The notes beneath the pieces were generated by a model, which had not been told where the DNA came from, made no database searches, and saw only the letters and a program-made list of their open reading frames with translations. Made by a program: the position numbers and the translations under genes. Shown here piece after piece: positions 23,378 through 35,690 of a stretch of DNA of 64,000 bases. The first letter of the stretch is position 1. Each line of letters begins with the position of its first letter. The DNA is from Octopus sinensis (lineage: Eukaryota), in contig NC_043008.1 of the NCBI RefSeq assembly GCF_006345805.1, positions 17,670,001 through 17,734,000 on the forward strand, in the 5' to 3' direction.

Positions 23378-23790
23378 ACAATTCATAAATGAAGGCAAAG
23401 GAAATAATTTCTAATGCCAAATATGCCGAAAAATTGGACATATTGTCCATTAATCTCATTTATTTATTTTGCCACATGTATCACTGACGAAGGGAGGGCT
23501 CCTAGTAGCTAACTCTGAAATCGGTCCGATATGGTAATAATGGAATTTTTTAGAAATTTCTGTCGACCTTTTTTCGAGTAGCGTGCGTATTGTGAAAAAA
23601 TTATATGGTTAATGGACAATATGTCCAATTTTTCGGCATATTTGGCATTAGAAATGTTTTCCTTTTCCCTCATTTATGAATTGTTTATAAATTTAACCGT
23701 TAAAGGTATTTTTTAATATGCTGGCCATTGATAAAATTTTTTTCGAAACAATATTTTTTTCGGAAAGAATTTTATCCTACGTTAGATATA
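23378..23790 (+). mobile_element. Penelope-like fold-back remnant hosting the hammerhead
   Basis: 76-bp inverted arms 23378-23453 and 23609-23684; lies between TA and TATG microsatellites. Confidence 0.7.
23479..23536 (+). ncRNA. Type I hammerhead ribozyme motif with intact catalytic core
   Basis: Stem I TATCA/TGGTA; CTGACGA (23484-23490); stem II AGGG/CTCT plus GGCT/AGCT; GAAA (23517-23520); stem III ATCGG-T-CCGAT; predicted cleavage after AUA at 23531. Confidence 0.8.
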
Positions 23791-23801
23791 TATTCATATA
23801 G

Positions 23802-23834
<33 letters not shown>

Positions 23835-24059
23835 TGTATGTATGTATGTATGTATGTATGTATGTACGCATTTATGTATAGCCAACAAGTTATTATTTAG
23901 ACAAGTAACTGTAATTCTTGCAAATTAGGTTTCATTTTTTATTGTTTAATAAAAGAAGACAGCTACTGTCTCTGTATGTTGAGGGTTGAAAGTATTACTA
24001 TTCCTCAGATTTCCGCTTCTTAACGGATTTTGAAGTTGTGGAGAAGTATTCCCGGTGTT

Positions 24060-25400
24060 TGAAGTTGAAGATACAAATTTCAGATGCAGGCTTTATCCAT
24101 TAACACACTCTCTTCTTGGCTTGTGCATCAAATAATATTCGTGACCTCTTGTTCTGTCATGTAGGAACGCCGTTCAAACTCTTTGATTGCTTCACCAAAT
24201 ATTTCAATTAGCATGTCAATACTAAGCCTTTCATTTTCATCTGCTGCACCTTCAATATAATTTTCCATTACCTCTATTATTTTTATCGAAGTTTACGACT
24301 TATCTGTAACTTCATTGTTAGTACAGACGAGCGCCCTGTTTTATCCATCAGCGTCCATCTCTTTAAAAGACATTCTCTTGTTGTATGCTTGGCACTAAAC
24401 CTTTCTTAACACATTCGACATATTCAAGCATCTCAGTAACAATCCACTCTTTTTTGATAAGCCAAACTCTTTAAAATTATTGTCAACGTTTTCACCCGGT
24501 GAATTCTCATACGGGAAGGCGGACCACAATTTGTGCCTGATATTTTCAAGTGATAATTTATTCATATCGCAAGTAGAACTAAATAACTAACTCAATTTTT
24601 TTGTGGTGTATTCACACCTTCTATCATAATTTGCTAAAATAAATTGTTTACATGCTTTCATAGATCACGCTAATTGTAAGTATTAGGTTTGAAAGAAAAA
24701 AATGTATATTTTGATGGCGCAGGAGTGGCTGTGTGGTAAGTAGCTTGCTTATCAACCACATGGTTCCGGGTTCAGTCCCACTGCGTGGTACCTTGGGCAA
24801 GTGTCTTTTACTATAGCCTCGGGCCGACCAAAGCCTTGTGAGTGGATTTGGTAGATGGAAGCTGAAAGAACCCCGTCGTATATATGTATATATATGTATG
24901 TGTATATGTTTGTGTGGCTGTGCTTTTCCCGCCCAACATCCCTTGACAACCGATGCTGGTGTGTTTACGTCCCCGTAACTTAGCTGTCGAATAAAGGTGG
25001 TGCTCCAGTATGGCCACAGTCAAATGACTGAAACAAGTAAAAGAGTAAAAGAGTAAATATTCTGAAAGAGCTTTGTTTTATGCAAAAATTTGTCTTGAGG
25101 TTAGTAGAAATGTAGAGAACAAGAATTTCTCAAATTTCTGTTTCGGCTTAACTGTGCGTAGAGAGCGGTGGATTTTGCCTCCAGGTATTTTTTTTTAAAC
25201 AGTATAACATAATCTCGATTTTAAACCGGTAATATTCTATTTGAAAGTAATATTGCTGAAAAAAGTTTAACGCTTTTAAAGACTTATCACGTTTACTTTT
25301 TTCTGCCAATGGTAGTTTACATCAGTCTGTGTCTGCTGCATTTGAGATCCTTGCCGACAGTGGTATGGCAAAGTATCTTTATCTGAATTTTGCGGTATCT
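24060..25400 (-). mobile_element. pogo/Tigger-family transposase relic interrupted by a SINE
   Basis: SNAADTD*CKLPLAEKSKRDKSLKALNF (cf. Tigger CANAAGTHKCKLxVIGKS); NIRHKLWSAF; RLSIDMLIEIFGEAIKEFERRSYMTEQEV (cf. Tigger/Jerky C-terminal GLEQRAFITEQEI). Confidence 0.7.
24716..25057 (+). mobile_element. SINE family A with internal deletion, inserted in a pogo/Tigger relic
   Basis: Head GGCGCAGGAGTGGCTGTGTGG; tail AAACAAGTAAAAGAGTAAAAGAG. Confidence 0.9.
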
Positions 25401-25904
25401 ATTTTCAATAACCATCTAGCTGCGGCTGCGTAGTATCAACATTATGCCAATCGGCCTAATTTATGTAGCATTTCAAGGTTCAAAATTTTTTTTCAGTAAG
25501 AAATAATACTCATGTACATACAAGTTACCAACTTTTCGTGTTCCAGACCATTATTATCCAGGTTAGCTTGGATACAACTGGCGATGTATCGTAGCAATCA
25601 TTTTGAAACATTCACCAACGTAGTGGCATTTACACATTTAGAATTTATTATGGGCCTGTGTTTTTATGTCATAATTGTATCCTGCTCCTTAGCCATATTC
25701 TTGTAAATAGCATTCAGGATATATTGTCATTCGAACAGGATGACAAACACTGTTAGGGAGAACTCGAGTTTCTTACAACAGTCAAATACAAGGTCTCTCG
25801 CAGATTATTTTTCCTTCGGTTCTATAGCATAACTATCAGTAGATAAGTATATATTTTAGATGCTATGTGATTATATATATTGACCTGATAATCAAATTTC
25901 ATGT

Positions 25905-26255
25905 GAAGTCGCATGGCTCGGTAGTTAGAGCGTAGATCTTACGGCCGTGAGGTTGTGAGTTCGAATCCCAGACTGGGCTGCGTGTTGATTCTTGAGCAAG
26001 ACAGTTTATTTCACGTTGCTTCAACTCACTCAGCTGTAGAAATGAGTTATGACATCACAGGTGGCCAAACCGTATCGGACCCTTTGCCTTTCCCTAGAAT
26101 AACATCGGTGGCGTGGAAAGAGGAGGCTGGTATGCATGGGTGACTACTGGTCTTTCATAAACAACCTTGCCCGGATTTGTGCCTAGGAGGGTAACTTTCT
26201 AGGTGCAATCCCATGGTAATTCGTGGCCGAAGGGAGCTCCGACTCTGACTCCGAT
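25905..26255 (+). mobile_element. SINE family D with 13-bp target-site duplication
   Basis: TGGCTCGGTAGTTAGAGCG and GAGTTCGAATCCC boxes; (CTCCGA)-like tail; TCAAATTTCATGT at 25892-25904 and 26256-26268. Confidence 0.92.
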
Positions 26256-26719
26256 TCAAATTTCATGTCTGTCTAGAAAAATTTAGCTCCATCCATTTGC
26301 ATAGAAAACGAGAAGACCATACCACCACTTCAACATTGTCAAAACTATTCCATCATCCATTGAGCATTCTTATCATCATTCATATCATCATGCTCATTTC
26401 ATCATTCATATCATCATGCTCATTTAGTTTTTTGCAATTAATGTCTTTGTAGATAGTTAAATATTTTATCTTTGAAACATCTGAATTATCAACAACTTAG
26501 CACATAGCTGTCACAAAGAAATAACACAATCTAATTTTTTCAAGCATTCCACCTTTTCATATATTGATATATGCTTCTACACAAGTAAGAAATTGAACCT
26601 GCTTTTGAAAGCATAGTGAGGGAAAAGTTTAACGAAGGAAAGATATGAATTTCATGAATCAAGTCATAAACAAAAGCCAGATAGATAGATAGATAAATAG
26701 ATATATGTAGGTATATACA

Positions 26720-26798
<79 letters not shown>

Positions 26799-27630
26799 GA
26801 GCGTGCATGCGTTATTTTTAACACAGAAGATTGCATTTTGAAGAGAATTCTTGCTATCATAGTGTTGTATAACTGCATTAAACTTCATCTAAGAATACCA
26901 TTTTGAAAAGCATTCCAACCGCCTAAATACCATTTTCGTCATTCTAGCAACGTGTATCAAATAACCACAGATGTCTTCGCGAGAAGATTATATTTGCTAG
27001 TGATGTTCTGAACTAAGTTATCGAATGCTTCCTTAATTTTTTAAAAAAGTATGTCAATATTTGAGGAAAATTTGGCAGATAGCTCAAGCAATTTGTTCAA
27101 CTGTGTAGATGGTCCCGCGTTGTTTCGTTACAACTAGAAGAAATCGAATTACCGTATTAAAAATAACAAAAATTCTTTGTGCCATGAAGTTAGATCAAAG
27201 GATGTGTAGAGATCACGCTGCTTCTAAACGTGTTGAAATTAATTACAAAAAAAAATTAATAAAATTAGAGGAGTAGTAAAGGAGGAGAAGAAAAATAACA
27301 ATAATTAGAATTATGAATTCGCTGCAGGAATCTGTTGAGTACAGCATAGAGTTAGAGTGATTTCGGCTGTATATGGAAGCATTTTTCATATTTGGAACAC
27401 CTGTGAATAGCATACCCAGAGTTCAGCGTTTGAAATTTGTAAGATGTAAATTTTAACGGAAAAAAAATAAAGCACTTGGGTATTTTGAATGGAAATAAAC
27501 TAAACACACGCAGAAATGAATTTTTAACTGAGGTGTTGTTAGCAAGAAACACATCAAAGAGGATTCGAAAACTTTTGTTTTCTTGGAAAACACACATACA
27601 TGGATGCATATATATATACTCCAACGGGTG

Positions 27631-27716
<86 letters not shown>

Positions 27717-27719
27717 ATA

Positions 27720-27790
<71 letters not shown>

Positions 27791-27940
27791 CTGTTACAAA
27801 ACCATAAATGTATATTTATATAGATATATAGATAAGAAGATAACTAGATAACTGCATACATCAACAGGTTTTGTGTGTGTGCACGCGCGGTTGGGTGCAA
27901 GCATGTGTGCGAGCCTGTGCTTGTGTGTGTGTGTAGTTTG

Positions 27941-27973
<33 letters not shown>

Positions 27974-28251
27974 CGTGTGTGGGTGTATGATCGTGTGTTT
28001 GTGCAGGGAAGTTTGTATGAATAAGAAGTTGCTTCACAGCCACATGGCTTTGTGTTCAAACCCACTGAGTGACACTTTGGAGTTCTACAGGAACTTTGTG
28101 CCGACTAATGCCTTATGATAGAAAATTTACTTGGCAGAAACTGTAGAACAGAGTCTCATGCATACACAAACAGACGTATGTAAATATATATTCACACATA
28201 AATATTTACGTACAAAATTGCTCACACACATACACAATAAATAAATATATA

Positions 28252-28450
28252 CAGGGTGTCCCCAAAAAATGTATACACATGCTGCAGCAGTCTGTCATGC
28301 CAAGCATTAGAGAGGACTTTGAACAGGAAGATAACAAGACAATAGAATGATATTTGTAAATTCTTTTACATGTTGAAAATTATTCGAATTATAATAAACC
28401 CCAAATTTACAATTATTTAAGGTGTGTATACATTTTTTGGGGACACCCTG
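28252..28450 (+). mobile_element. 199-bp MITE with perfect 28-bp TIRs and TA flanks
   Basis: CAGGGTGTCCCCAAAAAATGTATACACA at 28252-28279 and its exact reverse complement at 28423-28450. Confidence 0.93.
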
Positions 28451-28461
28451 TATATATATCA

Positions 28462-28773
28462 TTTTTATTTATGCGCCCTTTTCAAGACTAGCCAAGCTCA
28501 TGGGCCCGGTTTCCCGCTTTCTGTGGCGTATGTGTTCCCCCAGCTGGACGGCATGCACATCCATAGCAGCGTTACCCAAGAAACAGGAAGAAAGAGTGAG
28601 AGAAAGTTAGGGCGAAAGAGTACAACAGGGGTCGCCCCCGCCACTGTCGGAGCCTTGTGGTGCTTTAGGTGTTTTTTCTCAATAAACACACATAACGCCC
28701 ACTCTGGGAATCGAAACTGCGATCCTCCAGTCGCGAGCCCGCTGTCCTAACCATTGGGCCATTGTGCCTCCAC
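28462..28773 (-). mobile_element. SINE family C
   Basis: Same head and body as 32837; different 3' tail ending GGGCGCATAAATAAAAA. Confidence 0.88.
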
Positions 28774-28783
28774 ACATACACAC

Positions 28784-28814
<31 letters not shown>

Positions 28815-28821
28815 ACACACA

Positions 28822-28895
<74 letters not shown>

Positions 28896-29111
28896 ATGTA
28901 TGTATATGTGTGTGTTTCCGAAACACCCTCTATGTTCGAAAAAAAGCAATTCCAGCCATGCTACGTAAATTATGTACCAAACATAAAAATAAGAAATGAG
29001 ATCAATATATCGATTAATGCTCTCCATTGGTTGAAGCGAGTAAATGAATAAAATATGAAAAAAAAAACGTAAAACAAAATTCATAGGCGTATGCATGCAT
29101 ATATGCATACG

Positions 29112-29343
29112 ATTTCATCTCAATCGAAGGAGCGAGGCTTTCTCCGTCCGGGTTGCGGATCCGTGGAATAAGTTGCTAGACGAGATGGTGAAGATGCCGA
29201 CGACCGCTCGGTTCAAAGTCTCCCTTGACCTCAAGTGGCCTGAACTCTTTACATGAACACCACCCTGTACATAACTCCATGTCCCCCTACATGGCCTTGC
29301 TTTTTGCTTTTTGAGCCACAAATTAACTAACTAACTAACTAAC
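29112..29343 (+). mobile_element. CR1/L2-group LINE 3' end
   Basis: HLNRRSEAFSVRVADPWNKLLDEMVKMPTTARFKVSLDLKW (FSxRVxxxWNxL..FKxxLD C-terminal motif), short UTR, (TAAC)n tail. Confidence 0.85.
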
Positions 29344-30089
29344 ATATATGAAAACAGACGTACAAGGATACATACATACATACATATAAGCATAGCGTCT
29401 TTCTTCATCTTGGTTCCAAGGCCAGCAATTTAGGGTGAATAAGCTGATTAAATCACGCTTAGTACTCTCAACTGGTAATTATTTTTTACTCCCCGGAAAA
29501 GTGAAAGGCAAAGTTCACTTCGATCGAATTTGAACTCAAAACGTTAAGATGAACGAACAGCTACTGAGGATTTGGCACGTTGTGTTGACGGTCCTGCCAG
29601 CCCGCTTCCTTACTTTCCCAGCTATAAAAATATAAGAAAATGCAGTGAAGCGGGGCGCATATTCCCTCATGATAAACCTGATTTGTACAGGAATATTCCT
29701 ATATATATATATATATATATATATAAAGAGAGAGAGAGAGAGAGAGAGAGAGTGTGTGAGAGAGATTAAGAGAAAGAGTGAGTAAGTGAGAGAGAGATAC
29801 GAAACAGCAATGGAATTTAGTTAGAATAAATATTCATATTTGGTAGGTAAATTATTGACGAAGCAAAGAATATGGATGGAAAATAGCCTGTCTGTCACCT
29901 AATGTCACAATACCTCTTAATCGACAAGAATATTGCGTATGATGTTTCGCTAAGTAAAGCTTAAGTGACAAAGAATACTTCAGAAGACTTTGGAATATAT
30001 GGATACCTGAGCTGTCTGCATTCAAAAATTCTATATTCCACAACGTTTTTTTTTTTTAATTCCATTTCTAGTACCAACGCCTGTGATAT

Positions 30090-31760
30090 TGGATTGAACA
30101 CTTAAAGATATCCGAAAAATGCGCATAAGGACTAGGAGGTCACAGACAATGACTGCTAATCTTCCTCATCAGTAGTTAAAATTAGGGACAGGCAAAAAAC
30201 GCATAAGTTCAAGTCAAACGATTTTGAATGCTGCATCGTATCACTTAGACAATACCTGTTGTACAGAAAGAGAGAAATTAGTGCATCACGTGCATACTCA
30301 TTAGTGAAGGTAATTACACAATGAGATTAAGTGAAGAATTCTTGAAATGCTACTCCGTGTGTTATCAGTACAACTTTTCTATGTGAACGAAGTGTAGCTG
30401 TACTAACTTTAGCAAAAATGGAAGAGAATTATGGAGGAGAATATGTCAGCATAGATCATAGCAAGAATAGAGGCATCTCCTGCTTCTGTGATAAATATAT
30501 CATTTCTCATCTAGACGGCTGTATACTTATTATCTAAGGACAGGTGATTTTTTTTTAATATCAGAACAACAAGAGAGATAAGAAAGCGTCTGAATATCTA
30601 CGTTGTTATTGAAAATGTTGATTATACAATGCTAGCTTGGTAGATATCTCCCTTAACATCAGCAGTTGGCATAAAACAGACAAACGTACATCCGCAATCT
30701 TGTTGCTATCCGAATGTAGAAACGAAGTTCAGAATTCATAATAAAAAAGTGACATCTTTAAACATAAGACGCACCTTAAAATGTCCATTATACAGCATTT
30801 GTAAGGGGGACATTGCACACTATATCAGCATTCTTGTAGTACTATGGATCTGGATTGTAAATAGCAAATTAGCAATGTAATAAATTGTCTTAGATGTGGA
30901 ACGAGTATTGTGAAAAAGCATTTCCTAGCATATATCATCAAATAGCATCTAAAATATATACATATATATGCTATAGAACCGAAGGAAAAATAATCTGTGA
31001 GAGACCTTGTATTTAACTGTTGTAAAAAACTCGAGTTCTACCTAACCGTGTTTGTCATCCTGTTCGAATGACAATATATCCTGAATGTTATTTACAAGAA
31101 TATGGCTAAGGAGCAGGATACAATTATGACATAAAAGCACTGGCCCATGATAAATTATAAATGTGTAAATCCCTTGTCAGCCTCCGTAAATAAATGCCAA
31201 AGCTAGCAGTCGTGAGTTGAGAAAATAAGGTTTTAACGTCATCTAGTTTTTTTTATCGATAACCCGATACAAAAAACAGAGCCGGTCAAAAGATTTTTTC
31301 GTGATACAGGGATGAAATATGGACAGGATACGCGTTTATGTAGGAATATCAAATTAGGAACTATAGCTTATCTATCAGTATTGACCTTAATGCTGTAAGT
31401 TTCTAAGTTTCTCCGAAGCGATATTAATGTTGTAAATGCTGGAATTGTGAGTAAAGCTCTAAGAACAGAATACGTTAACAGACTTTGTTAGGTATAGAAG
31501 TAAGGTATCCGCATTCAATTTCATAATATTCCACAATGATTTCTCAATATCAGTTCTAACACTAAACTCTACATGATAAATTGGACATTTGAGGACCAAA
31601 ACGAGAACATCAAGATCAAGAAGACAGCTTCTTACTTCCACGACAACGGACATCTTGTTATGATGTATGTTAGCCAGAATAGGGAGACAACTGCTCGAAG
31701 TTATTCCAAATTGCATTTGTTAGCTGCATCGAATCACTTAGACGATACTTATTAAACAAT
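30090..31760 (+). mobile_element. Two very decayed, probably Tc1-like transposase relics (about 30090-30810 and 31400-31760)
   Basis: Shared GCTGCATCG(T/A)ATCACTTAGAC(A/G)ATAC at about 30230 and 31723; fragments WTFEDQ..DNGHLVMMYVSQNRETTAR, HLDGC and MSIIQHL* loosely match Tc1 motifs. Confidence 0.4.
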
Positions 31761-32836
31761 ATAGGTATGAACGAGCATGTTAAATGCATTCTAAATCATT
31801 GATGCAATAATAACATCTCGATGGCAGACAAAAAAAAAAAAAAAAAAACCTAATTCGTACCCTAAGGGTACATTTTCCCGGTGTTACCAGCAGACTGACA
31901 GCAGTATTCATTAAAATCATATGGAAGAAACATCACACCAGCAGAAATTTATGCATGGGTGCATATTATGAATACTAGTAAATGAAAAAGTAGTTTTTCT
32001 TTAACCTATGGGAGATATGCTGCATACGATATAAAATGTGACGTTGTTATACAGAACGAAAAATATTTATTGAATAAATAACAGATACGATAAGGATACT
32101 TTCAAGCAAACGCATCTCGATAAAAAAGGCCAATTGTACTTTAGTAGAGCAAAAGCTAACATCTTTATCATCATCATCCTCATAATCATCACCGCTCCCC
32201 CTCCAACACCAGTAGAGTAGTTCCTTCACGCGGATATGACATTGTTGCCAAACACTACGTACAGTGCTAAATGTGGGGGAAATTAATCTGATAATTTACT
32301 AAAGAAAGCTCATCGGAAATAAATGGCACCCATGTAATTTTTTTTTAAACGACAAATGCTGGATCGTTTCAATAATTACAGCTATCCCCCGATAAAACAC
32401 CTCTGATCATGTCTTCTAGCATAAGAAACGAATGTTAAGAACTGTGTTTAAGTTCAGCTGTCTATAGGATGAGAATATATTAAAGTTACAAAAAATTTTT
32501 TAAATAAAAAATAACAACAGCCATGTTAAACGACCGCAAAACTTACCGCTCTTGTTTTTGCCTACACAGTTCCATTTATATCTATTATCTTAGTGCTCTG
32601 AGCTATATATACGTATATATATATTCGTGTTCTGCAAGTACTAAGGAAACAGAGTTGCATGCTCTAAATTCAATGAATGCGGGGTAAAGTTATGATTTGT
32701 ATGATATTCATATAATGACGTATTTGTTTCTTTACTTTGAGTTGAATATATGCATATATGAGCACTAGGTATACAGCAACATGCGCTTATGAAAGCAAGT
32801 AGAAAAGAGACATTTGCACTCATTACTTGAATATAA

Positions 32837-33150
32837 GTGGAGGTGCAATGGCCTAGTGGTTAGGGCAGCGGACTCGCGATCGTAGGATCACGGTTTCGAT
32901 CCCCGGACCGGGCCTTGTGAGTGTTTATTGAGCGAAAACACTTAAAACTCCACGAGGCTCCGACAGGGGATGGTGGTGATCCCTACTGTACTCTTTCACC
33001 ACAACTTTCTCTCAATCTTTCTTCTGTTCGCTCTGTTCGTTCAGCCAGAGGGGTGGCGTCATTTGAAGGCTAAAACAATGCGAAGTACGTTGTGACCAGC
33101 GATGTGTAGCAACATCTGATAGCCTGGCCGGTCACGTCACGTCACGTCAC
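32837..33150 (+). mobile_element. SINE family C with 12-bp target-site duplication
   Basis: A box TGGCCTAGTGG, B box GTTTCGATCCC, (GTCAC)4 tail; ACTTGAATATAA at 32825-32836 and 33149-33160. Confidence 0.92.
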
Positions 33151-33528
33151 TTGAATATAAAGCATACTCACACGGGTACCTGTAAACTGCACCAATACCC
33201 ACAGAGATGTGAATGTATTTTGTTTGTGCCTGAGTGTGTGTGCGTGTGTCCGTGTGTGCGAGAGTGCAATGCGTGCGCATTGAGCACAATTTTACAAATC
33301 AGAGATTCCTTTTCATTTGCAAATACTTTCTTGATATTAACTAGAGTCCTCGGGGAAATAGTGTTCTGAGCACAGAACATTCTTCCGAACATTTTCTAAT
33401 GAAACGGTCATAAAATCTGAAATATTGTAATGCAAAAGTACAAACCAACTTTTCGTATTATTTTTTTATAACTTCTATTGTTTTCGCTTTATTAAAACAA
33501 AAATTAAATACACCCATATATGTACATT

Positions 33529-34356
33529 CTTTTCTATTCCAGGCACATGGCCCGACATGTTGGGGTAGGGGTCCAGTCGATTAGATCGACACCAGTACGC
33601 CACTGGTACTTGATTTATCGAAACCTAAAAGGATGAAAGGCAAAGTCGACCTCGGCGGAAGTTGAACTCAAAACATAATTTTTAATACTCTAGGCACAGG
33701 GCCCGACATTTTGGGGTAGGGGTCCAGTCGATTAGATCGACATCAGTACGCAACTGGTACTTCATTTGTCGAACCCCGAGAGGATGAAAAGGAAAGTCGG
33801 CCTCGGTGGAAGTTGAACTCAAAACATAATCTTTTCTATTCTAAGCACAAGAACTTGAAATTTTGGGGTAGAGGGCCAGTCGATTAGATCTATCCAAGTA
33901 CACAACTAGTACGTACTTAATTTATCGACCCTGAAAGGATGAAAGGCAAAGTCGACCTCGGTGGAAATTGAACTCAAAACATAATATTTTCTACTCTAGG
34001 CACAAGGCCCGAAATTTTGGGGTAGGGAGCCAGTCGATTAGATCTACCCAAGTACACAACTGGTATGTACTTAATTTATCGACCCCGAAAAGATGAAAGG
34101 CAAAGTCGACTTCGGCGGAAGCTGAACTCAAAACATAACCATTTATACTCTAAGCACAAAGCCTGAAATTTTGGGTAGGTGTCCAGTCGATTAGATCTAC
34201 CTCAACACACAACTGATACTTACTTAATTATCGAACACGAAAGGATAAAAGGCAAAGTCGATCACGGCGGAATTTGAACTCAGAACGTAATGACAGACGA
34301 AGTACCGCTAAGCATTACGCCCGGCGTACTAACGTTTCTACCAGCTCGCCACCTTA
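33529..34356 (-). repeat. SINE family B head followed by five tandem copies of its body (151-155 bp period)
   Basis: AGGCAC/AAGCAC anchors at 33541, 33692, 33843, 33998 and 34152; single head at about 34285-34356. Confidence 0.9.
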
Positions 34357-34780
34357 CACATATTTGTATAATATATATATTCGCACACACTCACACACAC
34401 ACACACAACACACACACACACACATGTATCTATATATATATATGTATATGCATATATACATAAATATATACATATATATATATAAAAGTATACACAGATA
34501 CATATATATGTCTGTGTGTGTGTGTGTATGTATATATATATATATATATTATATATATATATATATATAGCTATATAACTAGTTCCTACTATGCAGATAC
34601 AAGACTTAGATATGAAGAGAAGGCAATGAAATTCACGCTTTTCTGCAGTCATAGCGACGTTACTGATGAGAAATGGCTACAATTAACAATGTGAAAGTTT
34701 CTAATAGTAGTGTGTCTCTCCGTCTCTTTCTCTCATTCTCTCTCTGTATATATATACATATATATGTGTGCGTATGTGTG

Positions 34781-34895
<115 letters not shown>

Positions 34896-35142
34896 CATAC
34901 ATATCAGTTTGTCTGTATTGATTGGTAATGCTTATTTAAATGTTTAAATGTTCCTCTCGAGTATCATGATACATTCATTTTACAACATTCTTAATTGATA
35001 TGTCAAATTAATTGAAATAACAAATTAACACACTATAAAAATCTTTCCGCCTAGTCTGATGTAGACGCTTTTTTTTAGATATTGGTGCTTTTTTAACTCG
35101 CCATTGTTGTGCTTTTTTAAATTGTGTAATTTATTTTATCTC

Positions 35143-35143
<1 letters not shown>

Positions 35144-35182
<39 letters not shown>

Positions 35183-35231
35183 TATTATATTATTATATTA
35201 TTATATTATTATTATTATTATTATTATCATT

Positions 35232-35305
<74 letters not shown>

Positions 35306-35519
35306 TTGTTAATTAAAGGTGATATTCGCTATAAATCATCTGGATGGTTTTTTTTATTTTGTTTCTTTTTTCTTGTAGACGAGTGGAAATTTTGCTACGG
35401 TAATATATGTTGTTTACATACACTCATAAAGACGTCACGCTGATAATATACATGACAACCTATTTACAACGGCTTCCTCCTTACCATTGTGGTTTTTGCC
35501 GCCTTCGATATTGTTGTTC

Positions 35520-35566
<47 letters not shown>

Positions 35567-35690
35567 TGTGGTGGTGGTGGTGGCGGTGGTGTTGATCATC
35601 ATCATCATCATCATCATCATCATCGTTATCATCATCACCATCATCATCATCATTACCATCTTCATGATCATTATCATGGTCATTATGCAG
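35144..35690. repeat. (TTA)n tract followed by an (ATG)n-(GGT)n-(CAT)n tract
   Basis: Direct observation. Confidence 0.95.

Larger units (their letters stand above)
25628..31170. repeat. Inverted duplication of about 235 bp (25628-25871 and 30938-31170)
   Basis: About 10 substitutions counted by eye over the 204-bp core, plus a further 27 bp or so after a small indel. Confidence 0.9.

Noticed and set aside
33529-34356. Regular repeats considered as a CRISPR-like array
   Set aside because: Whole units are homologous with no unique spacers; SINE-derived; eukaryotic context with no cas genes.
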